A stretch of 54,618 nucleotides of DNA from a virus (Duplodnaviria; Caudoviricetes), in IMG/VR virus record IMGVR_UViG_3300027790_000003, positions 1 to 54,618 of that record. One strand, written 5' to 3'. The position numbers were made by a program, and so were the translations under genes. Under the pieces are notes generated by a model. The model did not search any database. It saw only the letters and a list, made by a program, of their open reading frames with translations, and had not been told where the DNA came from. Shown here piece by piece: positions 7,760-15,776 of the stretch (the first letter of the stretch is position 1; the number at the start of each line of letters is the position of its first letter).

Positions 7760-8314
7760 ATGGGTGCGACGGTAGCGCATGGCGACGAGACCCGGGCAAG
7801 GGCTGCGGAGTTGTATCAGGTCGATGGATTAGGGCCAAAAGCTATTAGTGAGCGGCTTGGTGTGCCACACCGGACTGTAGCAAGCTGGCGTAGGCGTGAC
7901 GGGTGGGTGAGAGATAAGGCCGCGGTCGCGGATGCGCTCAGAGAGGCGGGGCGGTTGACGGCTAAGGAGATTGCGGAGCGGCGCATGGCGGAGGCGGAGG
8001 CCGCGGTTGGGCGCACTATTAGTGATTGCGGGAGGTTGAGGGCTTTGGTATTAGCGCCACTAATGAGGGGTGAGGGCGAGATCGAGGTGAGCGAGACGAG
8101 GCAGATTGTCCAGTCGTATCGCGATCTTGTGAGCATCGAGCGACAAGCGTTTGGGCTCGACGAGAGAGCAGCCTCGACCCCGGCAACGCTGGTCAATATC
8201 TCGCTCGGAGGGGCGACGACGGGCGGTCCGATCGGGCAAGGCGTGGCGGCGCAAGCGATCGACGTGGTCGCGGCGGACAGTAGCGATACTGAGCACGGTG
8301 CCGAGCGCGAGTAG
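7760..8314 (+). CDS. terS: Terminase small subunit
   Basis: N-terminal HTH (ISERLGVPHRTVASWRRRDGW), IERQAFGLD motif, upstream of TerL; GGAGG before ATG 7760. Confidence 0.8.
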   Translation: MGATVAHGDETRARAAELYQVDGLGPKAISERLGVPHRTVASWRRRDGWVRDKAAVADALREAGRLTAKEIAERRMAEAEAAVGRTISDCGRLRALVLAPLMRGEGEIEVSETRQIVQSYRDLVSIERQAFGLDERAASTPATLVNISLGGATTGGPIGQGVAAQAIDVVAADSSDTEHGAERE

Positions 8315-8529
8315 TCGGGCGACGGGCGCCATACTTGCGAGACACGAGGGCGCCGATAGCCGCGCTACGAGGGGCGATGACGCGGTCGCGGTCGCGGTGC
8401 GAAGTAAGCATGCTTTTTCGGCTGCGGCGAGTTCGCGGCGGGGGCGGTTCCTTTTCGGGGGTCGCTTTATATAGATACCCACCTCGCATAAAACCTAAAA
8501 TCCCGCAACCCTTAGAAGTAGCTAGGCGC

Positions 8530-8558
8530 TTGCGTCCCCGCCCTACTTGTGCTATACT
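8530..8558 (+). promoter_or_regulatory. Sigma70-like promoter, leaderless
   Basis: TTGCGT-17nt-(TGc)TATACT, 5 nt before ATG 8564. Confidence 0.7.
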
Positions 8559-8563
8559 ACCCC

Positions 8564-8776
8564 ATGACCCTCGAAGCCCAGATCCCCTGTCCCCACTGCG
8601 GGCAACCCGAGCACCTCACCTGGCTCCCGTCATCCGTCAACCTCACCGAACCTTTCAAGATCTCGACCGTCCTCGAGTGCGAGAGCTGCGAACTCGCCTA
8701 CGCGCTTTTCTTCGAGCGACGCCCCAACGGGCTCTACATTCACCGAACCAGGAAACCAGAAGACCTCGTTGAATGA
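8564..8776 (+). CDS. Small zinc-ribbon protein
   Basis: CPHC...CESC. Confidence 0.65.
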   Translation: MTLEAQIPCPHCGQPEHLTWLPSSVNLTEPFKISTVLECESCELAYALFFERRPNGLYIHRTRKPEDLVE

Positions 8777-8781
8777 GCGAG

Positions 8782-8811
8782 TTGGCGCGAGCGCCCCACC
8801 TATGCTACCTT
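8782..8811 (+). promoter_or_regulatory. Sigma70-like promoter, leaderless
   Basis: TTGGCG-18nt-(TGc)TACCTT, 5 nt before ATG 8817. Confidence 0.5.
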
Positions 8812-8816
8812 ATAGC

Positions 8817-9047
8817 ATGAGCGAACCGAATATCGTCACCCTCTACGCGAACGAGTTGTTCCATGCCTCGACCGAGTTCCGGAAAGTCCCCCTCGAGGAA
8901 GTGCCCGGCCTCTACGAAGCGGCGTTCCTTCTGCGGAGTAGCGGGAAGCGACGGGAGGGCGAGACCGACGAAGACCTCGAGAGCCGATTACGGAGTAGCC
9001 TGGAGCTAGAGTTGCTGAGGCACGTGAGCGGGGAGTTCCGAGCATGA
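8817..9047 (+). CDS. Hypothetical protein
   Basis: Start MSEPNI at 8817; RREGETDEDL..RL motif. Confidence 0.6.
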   Translation: MSEPNIVTLYANELFHASTEFRKVPLEEVPGLYEAAFLLRSSGKRREGETDEDLESRLRSSLELELLRHVSGEFRA

Positions 9048-9367
9048 CGGCTTGGCGAGGCGAGGGCAATCCAGTGCGGGACAGTGAAGTGCGAACTATG
9101 AAGATGACGAAGTTGACGGACAGTGAAGTGGCGGTGCTAGGATCGAGGGGTTTCGACCTAGTTGGGAGGAAGCAACTAGCGCGTGTGGGTGCGATGTGGA
9201 CACAGGGAGTTTGGATGCGAAGCAGCGGGGAGCTTGAGCTAGGGGCCACGAAGTTCGAGGTCTTGCTAGCGGGGCCACGGGGCTTGGTGGTGAGGAAAGA
9301 AGATGCTCCGCACTTGGTGTTGTGGGAAGACTTGAAGGTTTACGGAAGGGGAGAGGTAACGTTATGA
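9044..9367 (+). CDS. Hypothetical protein
   Basis: ATGA overlap with the previous gene. Confidence 0.55.
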   Translation: MTAWRGEGNPVRDSEVRTMKMTKLTDSEVAVLGSRGFDLVGRKQLARVGAMWTQGVWMRSSGELELGATKFEVLLAGPRGLVVRKEDAPHLVLWEDLKVYGRGEVTL

Positions 9368-9496
9368 AACCTCCCTCCCGTCCGTAGGGGGTGTGGGGGG
9401 AACCACGTGTAGACTCTTAAGGTAGTCCAAGCTGACCCTTCCGTCAATCCAGAAACCAACCCGTGTGAGAACGAGCTTCCTGTAAGGTAGCACGGG

Positions 9497-9525
9497 TTGC
9501 GGGGTGCGTCAAGTGCTGGTAGGCT
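9497..9525 (+). promoter_or_regulatory. Sigma70-like promoter for terL, leaderless
   Basis: TTGCGG-17nt-(TGg)TAGGCT, 6 nt before ATG 9532. Confidence 0.6.
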
Positions 9526-9531
9526 TGGGGG

Positions 9532-11451
9532 ATGAGCGAAAAAGTGAGAGAGGGCGAAGCGAGAGTGCTCGTCGACGGGAAGAAGGCGACACACTACATT
9601 TACCCGTATGACGTGAGGAGCACGTTGGAGTTGCCGACGTGGAGGATTGAACTAGAGGCATTCAAGAACGCGCCGTATGAAGGGAGTCTGAGCAAGTTCG
9701 AGCACTTGAAGAACGTGATCGGGTGTCTTTGGCCCGACATGGTGAGCGAGAAGTTCTGGAACCCGTGGCTGGAGCGGTGCTTACGGGCGTTCACGAATGA
9801 GGAGCACAAGGTTGTGCGGCATGGGGTAACGACCAGGACGATAGTCCTGTCGGGGTGTGCAGCGGTGGGGAAGACGTTTAGTGCGGGGCTCTACACGGTG
9901 GTGTGGTGGCTCGCGAGTCCGGCGAACTCGTTGGCGTATTTCACGAGCACGAGCAAGGACATGGTGCGGAAGCGGATCTGGCCGATCATTCAGAAGTTCT
10001 CGAAGGAGGGGGTGGTGAATCGGGTTACGGGGGAAGTGGGGGCTTTCGGGGGGCACATGGTGAACAGCAAACCGGCGCTTCAGATGGTCAAGGGGGACGA
10101 CAAGCATTCGATAAGTGCGTTGGCGGTGGCGAGTGGGGAGACGACGAGTGCGGTGGCGAAGTTGAGTGGGCAGCATGAGGAGAGGATTCTGCTCGTGATT
10201 GACGAGGGGCAGGCTACGCCGGAGGCGATTTACGAGACGATCCCGAATCTACGGAAGGGTTGTCGGGATTTGACGATAATCATCATCGAGAATCCGATCG
10301 GGAGGTTGACGCCGAGCGGGAGGGCGAGTGAGCCCGAGGGGGGCTGGGGGAGTGTGGGCCTGGAAGATGACGGGTGGGCGACGAAGGGGGTGCCGGAGTG
10401 GCAGCTCGATAAGGGGGTTTGTGTGCGGTTCGACGGGCGGGATAGCCCGAACGTGAAGCGAGCGGAGGAAGCGGGGATTACAGGCGAAGACAGTAAGAGG
10501 AGCGACGAGTGGCTTGATCCGTGGCCGTTCATCTTTACGTATGGGGACTGGGTGGCGGCGAATCATCCGGATAGGGTGAACACCCTGTCTTACTGGACTC
10601 AGGATCGGGGGATTCAAGCGCCGGAGGGGACGCTCAACACGGTGATGAGTGAGCAGATGGTGATGAGGCATGAGGGGTTTGGGGAGTTCGATTTCTACAG
10701 TAAGAAGACCCCGGTGGCGGCGCTGGATCCGGCGTTCGGGGGTGATCGGTGTGTGCTGAGGTTCGGGGAGGTGGGGGACGTGCTGGAGGATAGCGGTGTG
10801 GGGGCCTTCGGGGGAAGGGAGGGGGTTCAGTTAAGGGAAAGCGTGGAGCTGAAGATAGATCCGTCGAGCGAGGTGGAGATCGAGGGGCAGATAGCGGAGC
10901 AGGTGAAGGTGGAGTGTCAGAAGCGGGGGGTGTTGGTGGAGGACTTTGCGTTGGATGCGACGGGGACGGGGCGGGGTGTTGCGTATGCGTTGAGTCAGAT
11001 CTGGGGGAGCGGGTTCCACAAGGTGGAGTTCGGGGGAGCGCCGAGTGAGATTGTGATGGACGAGGAGGGGAGGTTGCCGAGGGAGTTGTTCGATAGGAGG
11101 GTGACGGAGTTGTGGTTCATGGTGGTAGACTTCCTGAAGAGCGGGATGCTGAGGGGGCTGGATGCGAGGAGCGTGAGGGAGTTTTGCTCTAGGGAGTATA
11201 GCATGTTGGGGAAGAAGTATAAGCTGGAGACGAAGAAGGAGATGAAGGCGAAGACGGGGTATTCGCCAGATGAAGCGGACGCGGTGGCGGTGTTGATAGA
11301 TCTGGTGAGGAGCAAGCTCAATGTGGTGCCGAGGACGAAGAAGGTGGCGGCGAAGGAGCAAGAGGATCTGGTGAGACGGGTGAGGGAGGAGGGGGAGCTG
11401 GAGGTTTACGGGGATGAGAGCGGGGGTTGGGGCGAGGAGAGTTTTTGGTAA
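9532..11451 (+). CDS. terL: Terminase large subunit
   Basis: Walker A GCAAVGKT, Walker B LLVIDE, RNase H-like LDPAFGGD, DATGTG, SPDEAD. Confidence 0.93.
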   Translation: MSEKVREGEARVLVDGKKATHYIYPYDVRSTLELPTWRIELEAFKNAPYEGSLSKFEHLKNVIGCLWPDMVSEKFWNPWLERCLRAFTNEEHKVVRHGVTTRTIVLSGCAAVGKTFSAGLYTVVWWLASPANSLAYFTSTSKDMVRKRIWPIIQKFSKEGVVNRVTGEVGAFGGHMVNSKPALQMVKGDDKHSISALAVASGETTSAVAKLSGQHEERILLVIDEGQATPEAIYETIPNLRKGCRDLTIIIIENPIGRLTPSGRASEPEGGWGSVGLEDDGWATKGVPEWQLDKGVCVRFDGRDSPNVKRAEEAGITGEDSKRSDEWLDPWPFIFTYGDWVAANHPDRVNTLSYWTQDRGIQAPEGTLNTVMSEQMVMRHEGFGEFDFYSKKTPVAALDPAFGGDRCVLRFGEVGDVLEDSGVGAFGGREGVQLRESVELKIDPSSEVEIEGQIAEQVKVECQKRGVLVEDFALDATGTGRGVAYALSQIWGSGFHKVEFGGAPSEIVMDEEGRLPRELFDRRVTELWFMVVDFLKSGMLRGLDARSVREFCSREYSMLGKKYKLETKKEMKAKTGYSPDEADAVAVLIDLVRSKLNVVPRTKKVAAKEQEDLVRRVREEGELEVYGDESGGWGEESFW

Positions 11452-11854
11452 TGACGAGCGAAGCGAGACAGTGACGAGTGACAAGGGGGTGACGGGGGTT
11501 TTGAGGGGTCGGCACGTCGTTTCGTCAAGCTATTAGCGGGTTTCGTGGGCCTTAGTGAAGATGTGTAGATGTTTTTACTAAAAAGCTAAGAAATGAGAAG
11601 AGGTATGTGTACACACGTATAAAAGGGGTCGATTTGATGTGCATCATCTACACTCAGGCACTTTAGCCGCTCGTAGCAAGGGTTTGCTGGGTGTGCAGAC
11701 GCAAAAAGAGCCTACACTTTTCGGCTGGGCATCGTCATTTTGAGTGAACATGAGCGAAATCATCGTAACTAAGGTTTTGAGAGCGGGAGGGGCACGAAAA
11801 GCAAGCGGGGCGGGGTTATGAGGTGGGGCGAGGGGGGCGTGGTGATCATAGTTA

Positions 11855-11882
11855 TTGACTTGTCATAGTTTGGAGTTATCTT
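11855..11882 (+). promoter_or_regulatory. Sigma70-like promoter for the helicase gene with a repeated TCATAGTT box
   Basis: TTGACT-16nt-TATCTT; TCATAGTT at 11846 and 11863. Confidence 0.5.
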
Positions 11883-11926
11883 GAAACGGTCTCGAGCGAT
11901 GAGCGTGAGGGACGGGAAAGACGAAG

Positions 11927-13246
11927 ATGAGTATTTTAACAGATTTCAAAGCCTACTTTAACCCGAACGATCATATGTTTTGGGTGATGACGAACGGGGA
12001 ATGGAGCCCGAGGAGTCGGCAGATGTTCCTCGATATGTTGCAGGGGGATCCGCTGATGAGGGAGTGCAAACAAGTCTATCCGACGAAGGCGAGCGCGGTG
12101 AAGGCGATGTGCCAGGTGATGCGGGAGAGCAAAATCGACGGGGTTTGCCGGTTGAGCGGGTATCGGGCGGGGATGCACGAGATCAACGGGAGGCGGATCA
12201 TGGTGCCGACCGAGCCGAGGAAGTTGTGGGCCAAGAAGGGGGCGTTCCCGTTTTTGACAGCGTATTTCGATGCTGTGTGCAGGGAGATGCCCGAGCAGAG
12301 GGACGTGCTCTGGAGTTGGATGAAGCTGGCTTTTACGAAGTGGAGTAAGGGGGATCATAGCCCCTTGCAGATGATGATCCTAGTGGGTCCGAGTGGGACG
12401 GGCAAGAGTCTTTTTCAGGAGATCTGTAAGAGGCTCCTGGGAGGGACGATTGCGGATCCGTATGACTTCTTGATCGGGCGGACGGAGTTCAACCTAGAAC
12501 TGGCGGAGAACGCACTGTTGAGTTTTGAGGACAGGCCGAGCTTTGATATGAAGAAGCAGAGGATGTTCTTTGATCGGGTGAAGAACCTGTTGATGAGCCG
12601 GGATCAGAGAGTGAGGGGCTTGTATCGGGATGGGTTTATGGCCGATCCGATTAGGTTCTTGATGGCGAGTATTAACGCACAAGCGCACAACTACTCGATG
12701 GTGCCGCCGAGGGAGAACGGGTATGAGGACAAGTTCGTGTTCACGTATTTCAGTAACACGGGCTTTCCGCTGAGGGGTTGGGAGAGGATGAGCGAGAAGG
12801 AGTTCTTCGATAAAGTGATGACGGAGGAGTTACCGGGGTTGGCGCACTTCCTGGTGAATGAGTATGAGATACCTGAGTGGTTGCTTACGCGGGTGGGGAA
12901 AGGGGATAAGGTTTGTGGAAGGTATGGGATGGACTCGTGGTGGCATCCGGACATTGCGGCGATCTCGAGCGAGGGGAGCGATTGTGCGAGGTTGGTGGGG
13001 GTGTTGGAGGCGCTGTTGGAGAGTAAGGGGGCGAAGGAGCCTCTGAAGGTGAGTGCGAGGGCTTTGGCGGACATGTTGAAGGAGATGGACGTGGATGGGG
13101 CCTATGAGTTGGGGGATGACGCGAAGAAGTTGGGGTATAAGTTGAGGGATGCGGCGTTAAACTTCCCGAAAGTGGTCCAGAAAGGGGGCCGGGGGAACAA
13201 AGGGGTTATCTGGATGATCAAAAACGAGAATATGACGGTAGTTTAA
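11927..13246 (+). CDS. SF3-like P-loop helicase (primase-helicase family, DUF5906-like)
   Basis: ILVGPSGTGKS, TEFN..L, LLSFED; no primase catalytic motifs recognised. Confidence 0.8.
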   Translation: MSILTDFKAYFNPNDHMFWVMTNGEWSPRSRQMFLDMLQGDPLMRECKQVYPTKASAVKAMCQVMRESKIDGVCRLSGYRAGMHEINGRRIMVPTEPRKLWAKKGAFPFLTAYFDAVCREMPEQRDVLWSWMKLAFTKWSKGDHSPLQMMILVGPSGTGKSLFQEICKRLLGGTIADPYDFLIGRTEFNLELAENALLSFEDRPSFDMKKQRMFFDRVKNLLMSRDQRVRGLYRDGFMADPIRFLMASINAQAHNYSMVPPRENGYEDKFVFTYFSNTGFPLRGWERMSEKEFFDKVMTEELPGLAHFLVNEYEIPEWLLTRVGKGDKVCGRYGMDSWWHPDIAAISSEGSDCARLVGVLEALLESKGAKEPLKVSARALADMLKEMDVDGAYELGDDAKKLGYKLRDAALNFPKVVQKGGRGNKGVIWMIKNENMTVV

Positions 13247-13257
13247 TAAGGAGGTGT

Positions 13258-14076
13258 ATGAATGAGTTGGCTTTATTCGCAGGCGCTGGTGGAGGGATAC
13301 TTGGAGGGAAATTGCTCGGGTGGCGAACAGTGTGCGCCGTCGAAATCGAACCCTACTGTCGACGAATACTTTGTGATCGACAGGACGACGGAACCTTCGA
13401 CCCGTTCCCGATTTGGGACGACATCAAAACCTTTGACGGCAGACCGTGGAGAGGGATTGTTGACGTGGTTTCGGGAGGATTTCCGTGTCAGGACATCAGT
13501 GCCGCTGGAAAAGGAAGGGGGATCAAAGGGAGTAGGTCCGGATTATGGACAGAGATGGCTAGAGTTATCTGGGAGTGCCAGCCAGAGTTCGTCTTCATCG
13601 AAAACTCCCCGCTCCTTCGCAGTAGAGGACTTAATGTCGTTCTCCAAGATCTCATGGAAATGGGGTATGATGCAAAATGGGGAGTGCTCGGAGCACACCA
13701 TGTCGGAGCCCCTCATAAACGGGACCGGATATGGATTGTGGCCAACTCCCAGGGCGAACGATGCGGAGAAGCGGGGGAGAATCGATCAGGAGAACCCGAG
13801 AAACGGTCTTCCCGCTATGGTTCTGAAATTTCCGACGCCTCGTTGCCACGACGCAAAATCGATGGGGCCGAGCGAACAACGCAGAAACAACCCTTACCTA
13901 GCAGCGATAATACAAAACTCGGATGGTGGGACGTTGAACCCGAATTGGGTCGAGTGGCTGATGGGGTGGCCAATCGGTCACACAGACTTAAAGCCATTGG
14001 CAACGGACAGGTTCCGGCAGTGGCAGCAGCAGCATGGAGAATTTTGACTCAGAAATTGGATTTGAAGCAGGTTTGA
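13258..14076 (+). CDS. DNA (cytosine-5) methyltransferase, alpha/large polypeptide
   Basis: Motifs I FAGAGG, IV GFPCQ, VI ENSP, VIII HKRDRIW, X AIGNGQVP; motif IX absent from this frame. Confidence 0.92.
   Translation: MNELALFAGAGGGILGGKLLGWRTVCAVEIEPYCRRILCDRQDDGTFDPFPIWDDIKTFDGRPWRGIVDVVSGGFPCQDISAAGKGRGIKGSRSGLWTEMARVIWECQPEFVFIENSPLLRSRGLNVVLQDLMEMGYDAKWGVLGAHHVGAPHKRDRIWIVANSQGERCGEAGENRSGEPEKRSSRYGSEISDASLPRRKIDGAERTTQKQPLPSSDNTKLGWWDVEPELGRVADGVANRSHRLKAIGNGQVPAVAAAAWRILTQKLDLKQV
13262..14047 (+). CDS. Nested +1-frame ORF, putative beta subunit of the C5 methyltransferase
   Basis: 261 open codons; WPTP repeats and LNPNWVEWLMGWP (motif IX-like); TAAGGAGGT SD 6 nt upstream. Confidence 0.7.
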   Translation: MSWLYSQALVEGYLEGNCSGGEQCAPSKSNPTVDEYFVIDRTTEPSTRSRFGTTSKPLTADRGEGLLTWFREDFRVRTSVPLEKEGGSKGVGPDYGQRWLELSGSASQSSSSSKTPRSFAVEDLMSFSKISWKWGMMQNGECSEHTMSEPLINGTGYGLWPTPRANDAEKRGRIDQENPRNGLPAMVLKFPTPRCHDAKSMGPSEQRRNNPYLAAIIQNSDGGTLNPNWVEWLMGWPIGHTDLKPLATDRFRQWQQQHGEF

Positions 14077-14189
14077 CGTGAATTCAGTGCTCGGTGCTTG
14101 CTTTAAGTGCGGAGAAGTGCGACTTTTAGCGTTGTAGACCTTGATTAAGAGGTGAGATTGGGGTCAGGGGACCTGAATGTAGCGAAAAT

Positions 14190-14666
14190 ATGAAGCGGAC
14201 GAAGCAGATCGATGATGCAAGGGAGATTGTGCTCCCTTTCCAGGTTGACGGGAAGCAGGCGTGGACGACGGCGGGGTCTAAGCGGATGCACGGGGCTGAG
14301 AAGGAGGAGCTGAGTTCGAATATTCGGAGGCAGCAGTTGAAGGGGAACGTGCAGAAGCATGTGGAAGCTGTGATGAGTAACGCGCAGAAGTTTGTGCAAG
14401 CGACTATGTTCCAGATTGCGCCTGAGAAGGTGAGGATCGCGATGGCGAGGTGTGAGGGGAATGCGGCGAGCGAGGAGCAGATGTCTCTAATCGAGAGTTG
14501 GATTAACGAGATGCAGTTCGTGGCGAAGCAGGACGGGTTGACGACGGTTGTGAAGAGTAAGGGGAAGGTGTTGGGGGAGATGACCGCGAAGATGGACGGG
14601 ATTTTGAAGGGGCCGGTGGAAGAGGAGTTGAAGAGGCTCTTCGCGGAGGATGAGTTGGGCGAATAG
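14190..14666 (+). CDS. Hypothetical protein
   Basis: 158-aa ORF with the G-rich codon usage of its neighbours. Confidence 0.7.
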   Translation: MKRTKQIDDAREIVLPFQVDGKQAWTTAGSKRMHGAEKEELSSNIRRQQLKGNVQKHVEAVMSNAQKFVQATMFQIAPEKVRIAMARCEGNAASEEQMSLIESWINEMQFVAKQDGLTTVVKSKGKVLGEMTAKMDGILKGPVEEELKRLFAEDELGE

Positions 14667-14683
14667 ATGGGTGGAGCGAGGCT

Positions 14684-15310
14684 ATGAGGTTCTTTCCGAA
14701 TAAGACGAATAATCCACCGGGGGGTTGGCGGTTTACGGTCGAGGAGACGGGGGCGACGTTGAGGGGGACGAGTTTGGGGGAGGTTATGGTAGCGGTAAAG
14801 AAGCACTGGGAGGTCAACGGGATTGAGCCTATCGAGGATTTAGAGAGGGAGATTGAGAGACGGATTTGTGAGGAGGTTCCGGAGTATTGCGGGGCGAAGG
14901 GGATGGAGATCAAGCCGGTGCCGAAGAATCGGGGGCGGACGATCCACGAGGTGATTACGGGGACGAAGACCATCGGGATGTGGTTGGCGAAGAGGGCGAT
15001 GGGCGGGGGGAACGTGAGTGTTGAGGTGGCGGAGCGAAGGGCGAGCGTTTGTGTGGGGTGTGTGGAGAACACGGAGCCTACGGGGTGCTCGAGTTGTAAC
15101 AAGGCGGCGAGTAGTCAGGTGCTAGATAAGCTGGTGCCGTTCCGGACGAGTAAGGATGCGGCGTTGAAGAGTTGTCGGGTTTGTGGCTGCTGGCTTAGTG
15201 CGAAGATTGCTTGCCAATTAGACATCATCCGCAACAACATGCCGGATTACGTTAAGAAAGAGTTGCCTGATCACTGCTGGGTGAAGACTGAGCAGGTGAG
15301 TGATGAGTGA
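14684..15310 (+). CDS. Cys-rich zinc-binding phage protein
   Basis: PPGGWRF, CVGC, CSSC, CRVCGC, HCW. Confidence 0.75.
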   Translation: MRFFPNKTNNPPGGWRFTVEETGATLRGTSLGEVMVAVKKHWEVNGIEPIEDLEREIERRICEEVPEYCGAKGMEIKPVPKNRGRTIHEVITGTKTIGMWLAKRAMGGGNVSVEVAERRASVCVGCVENTEPTGCSSCNKAASSQVLDKLVPFRTSKDAALKSCRVCGCWLSAKIACQLDIIRNNMPDYVKKELPDHCWVKTEQVSDE

Positions 15311-15488
15311 GATGTTCAAGATTCGACAAGAGTTGTTCGTAGATTACGAGAACGAAGAACTTCGAGTCGAAATGAAGAGAATGACAGAGACGTTCTCCAA
15401 GTGGAGTTTAGATACGAGGGACGCGTTGATAAGACGAGGTTTAATTAACCTAGGGTGGACACCTCCCAAAGCTGAACGAAAAGACTGA
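15300..15488 (+). CDS. Hypothetical protein
   Basis: LINLGWTPP motif; overlaps the upstream stop. Confidence 0.55.
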   Translation: MMSEMFKIRQELFVDYENEELRVEMKRMTETFSKWSLDTRDALIRRGLINLGWTPPKAERKD

Positions 15489-15498
15489 GAAGGCGGGG

Positions 15499-15759
15499 AT
15501 GAGTGAGACGAGTGTTTGTGAGAAAAATCCTTGTCGCGTGTGTGATCGAGGTCTCGAGGAGGGTCAAGAGAGCTTTTACCAAGAGACGCTGAGAGGTATG
15601 TTGAACACGACTCTTTCAAATTTCGAAGGCGATACACGAAAACCTTTGACGCCATTGCAGAAAGAGATGCTGCGAGGTAAAATCGATTACCTCTCGAGAA
15701 TGGTTGAGGATTACTTGAAAGAAGAGTCGAAAAAGACTGAGAAGGCGAGGATCTCATAA
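15499..15759 (+). CDS. Hypothetical protein bracketed by 22-bp direct repeats
   Basis: 86-aa ORF; repeats at 15479-15500 and 15731-15752. Confidence 0.55.
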   Translation: MSETSVCEKNPCRVCDRGLEEGQESFYQETLRGMLNTTLSNFEGDTRKPLTPLQKEMLRGKIDYLSRMVEDYLKEESKKTEKARIS

Positions 15760-15776
15760 TATGAGCGGAGCGAATA

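Noticed and set aside
7680-7775. Promoter TTGATC-17-CATCCT with a leaderless 19-aa uORF ahead of terS
   Set aside because: Weak -10 match and no independent support
9430-9460. Hammerhead ribozyme
   Set aside because: CTGACC...GAAA lacks the CUGANGA core
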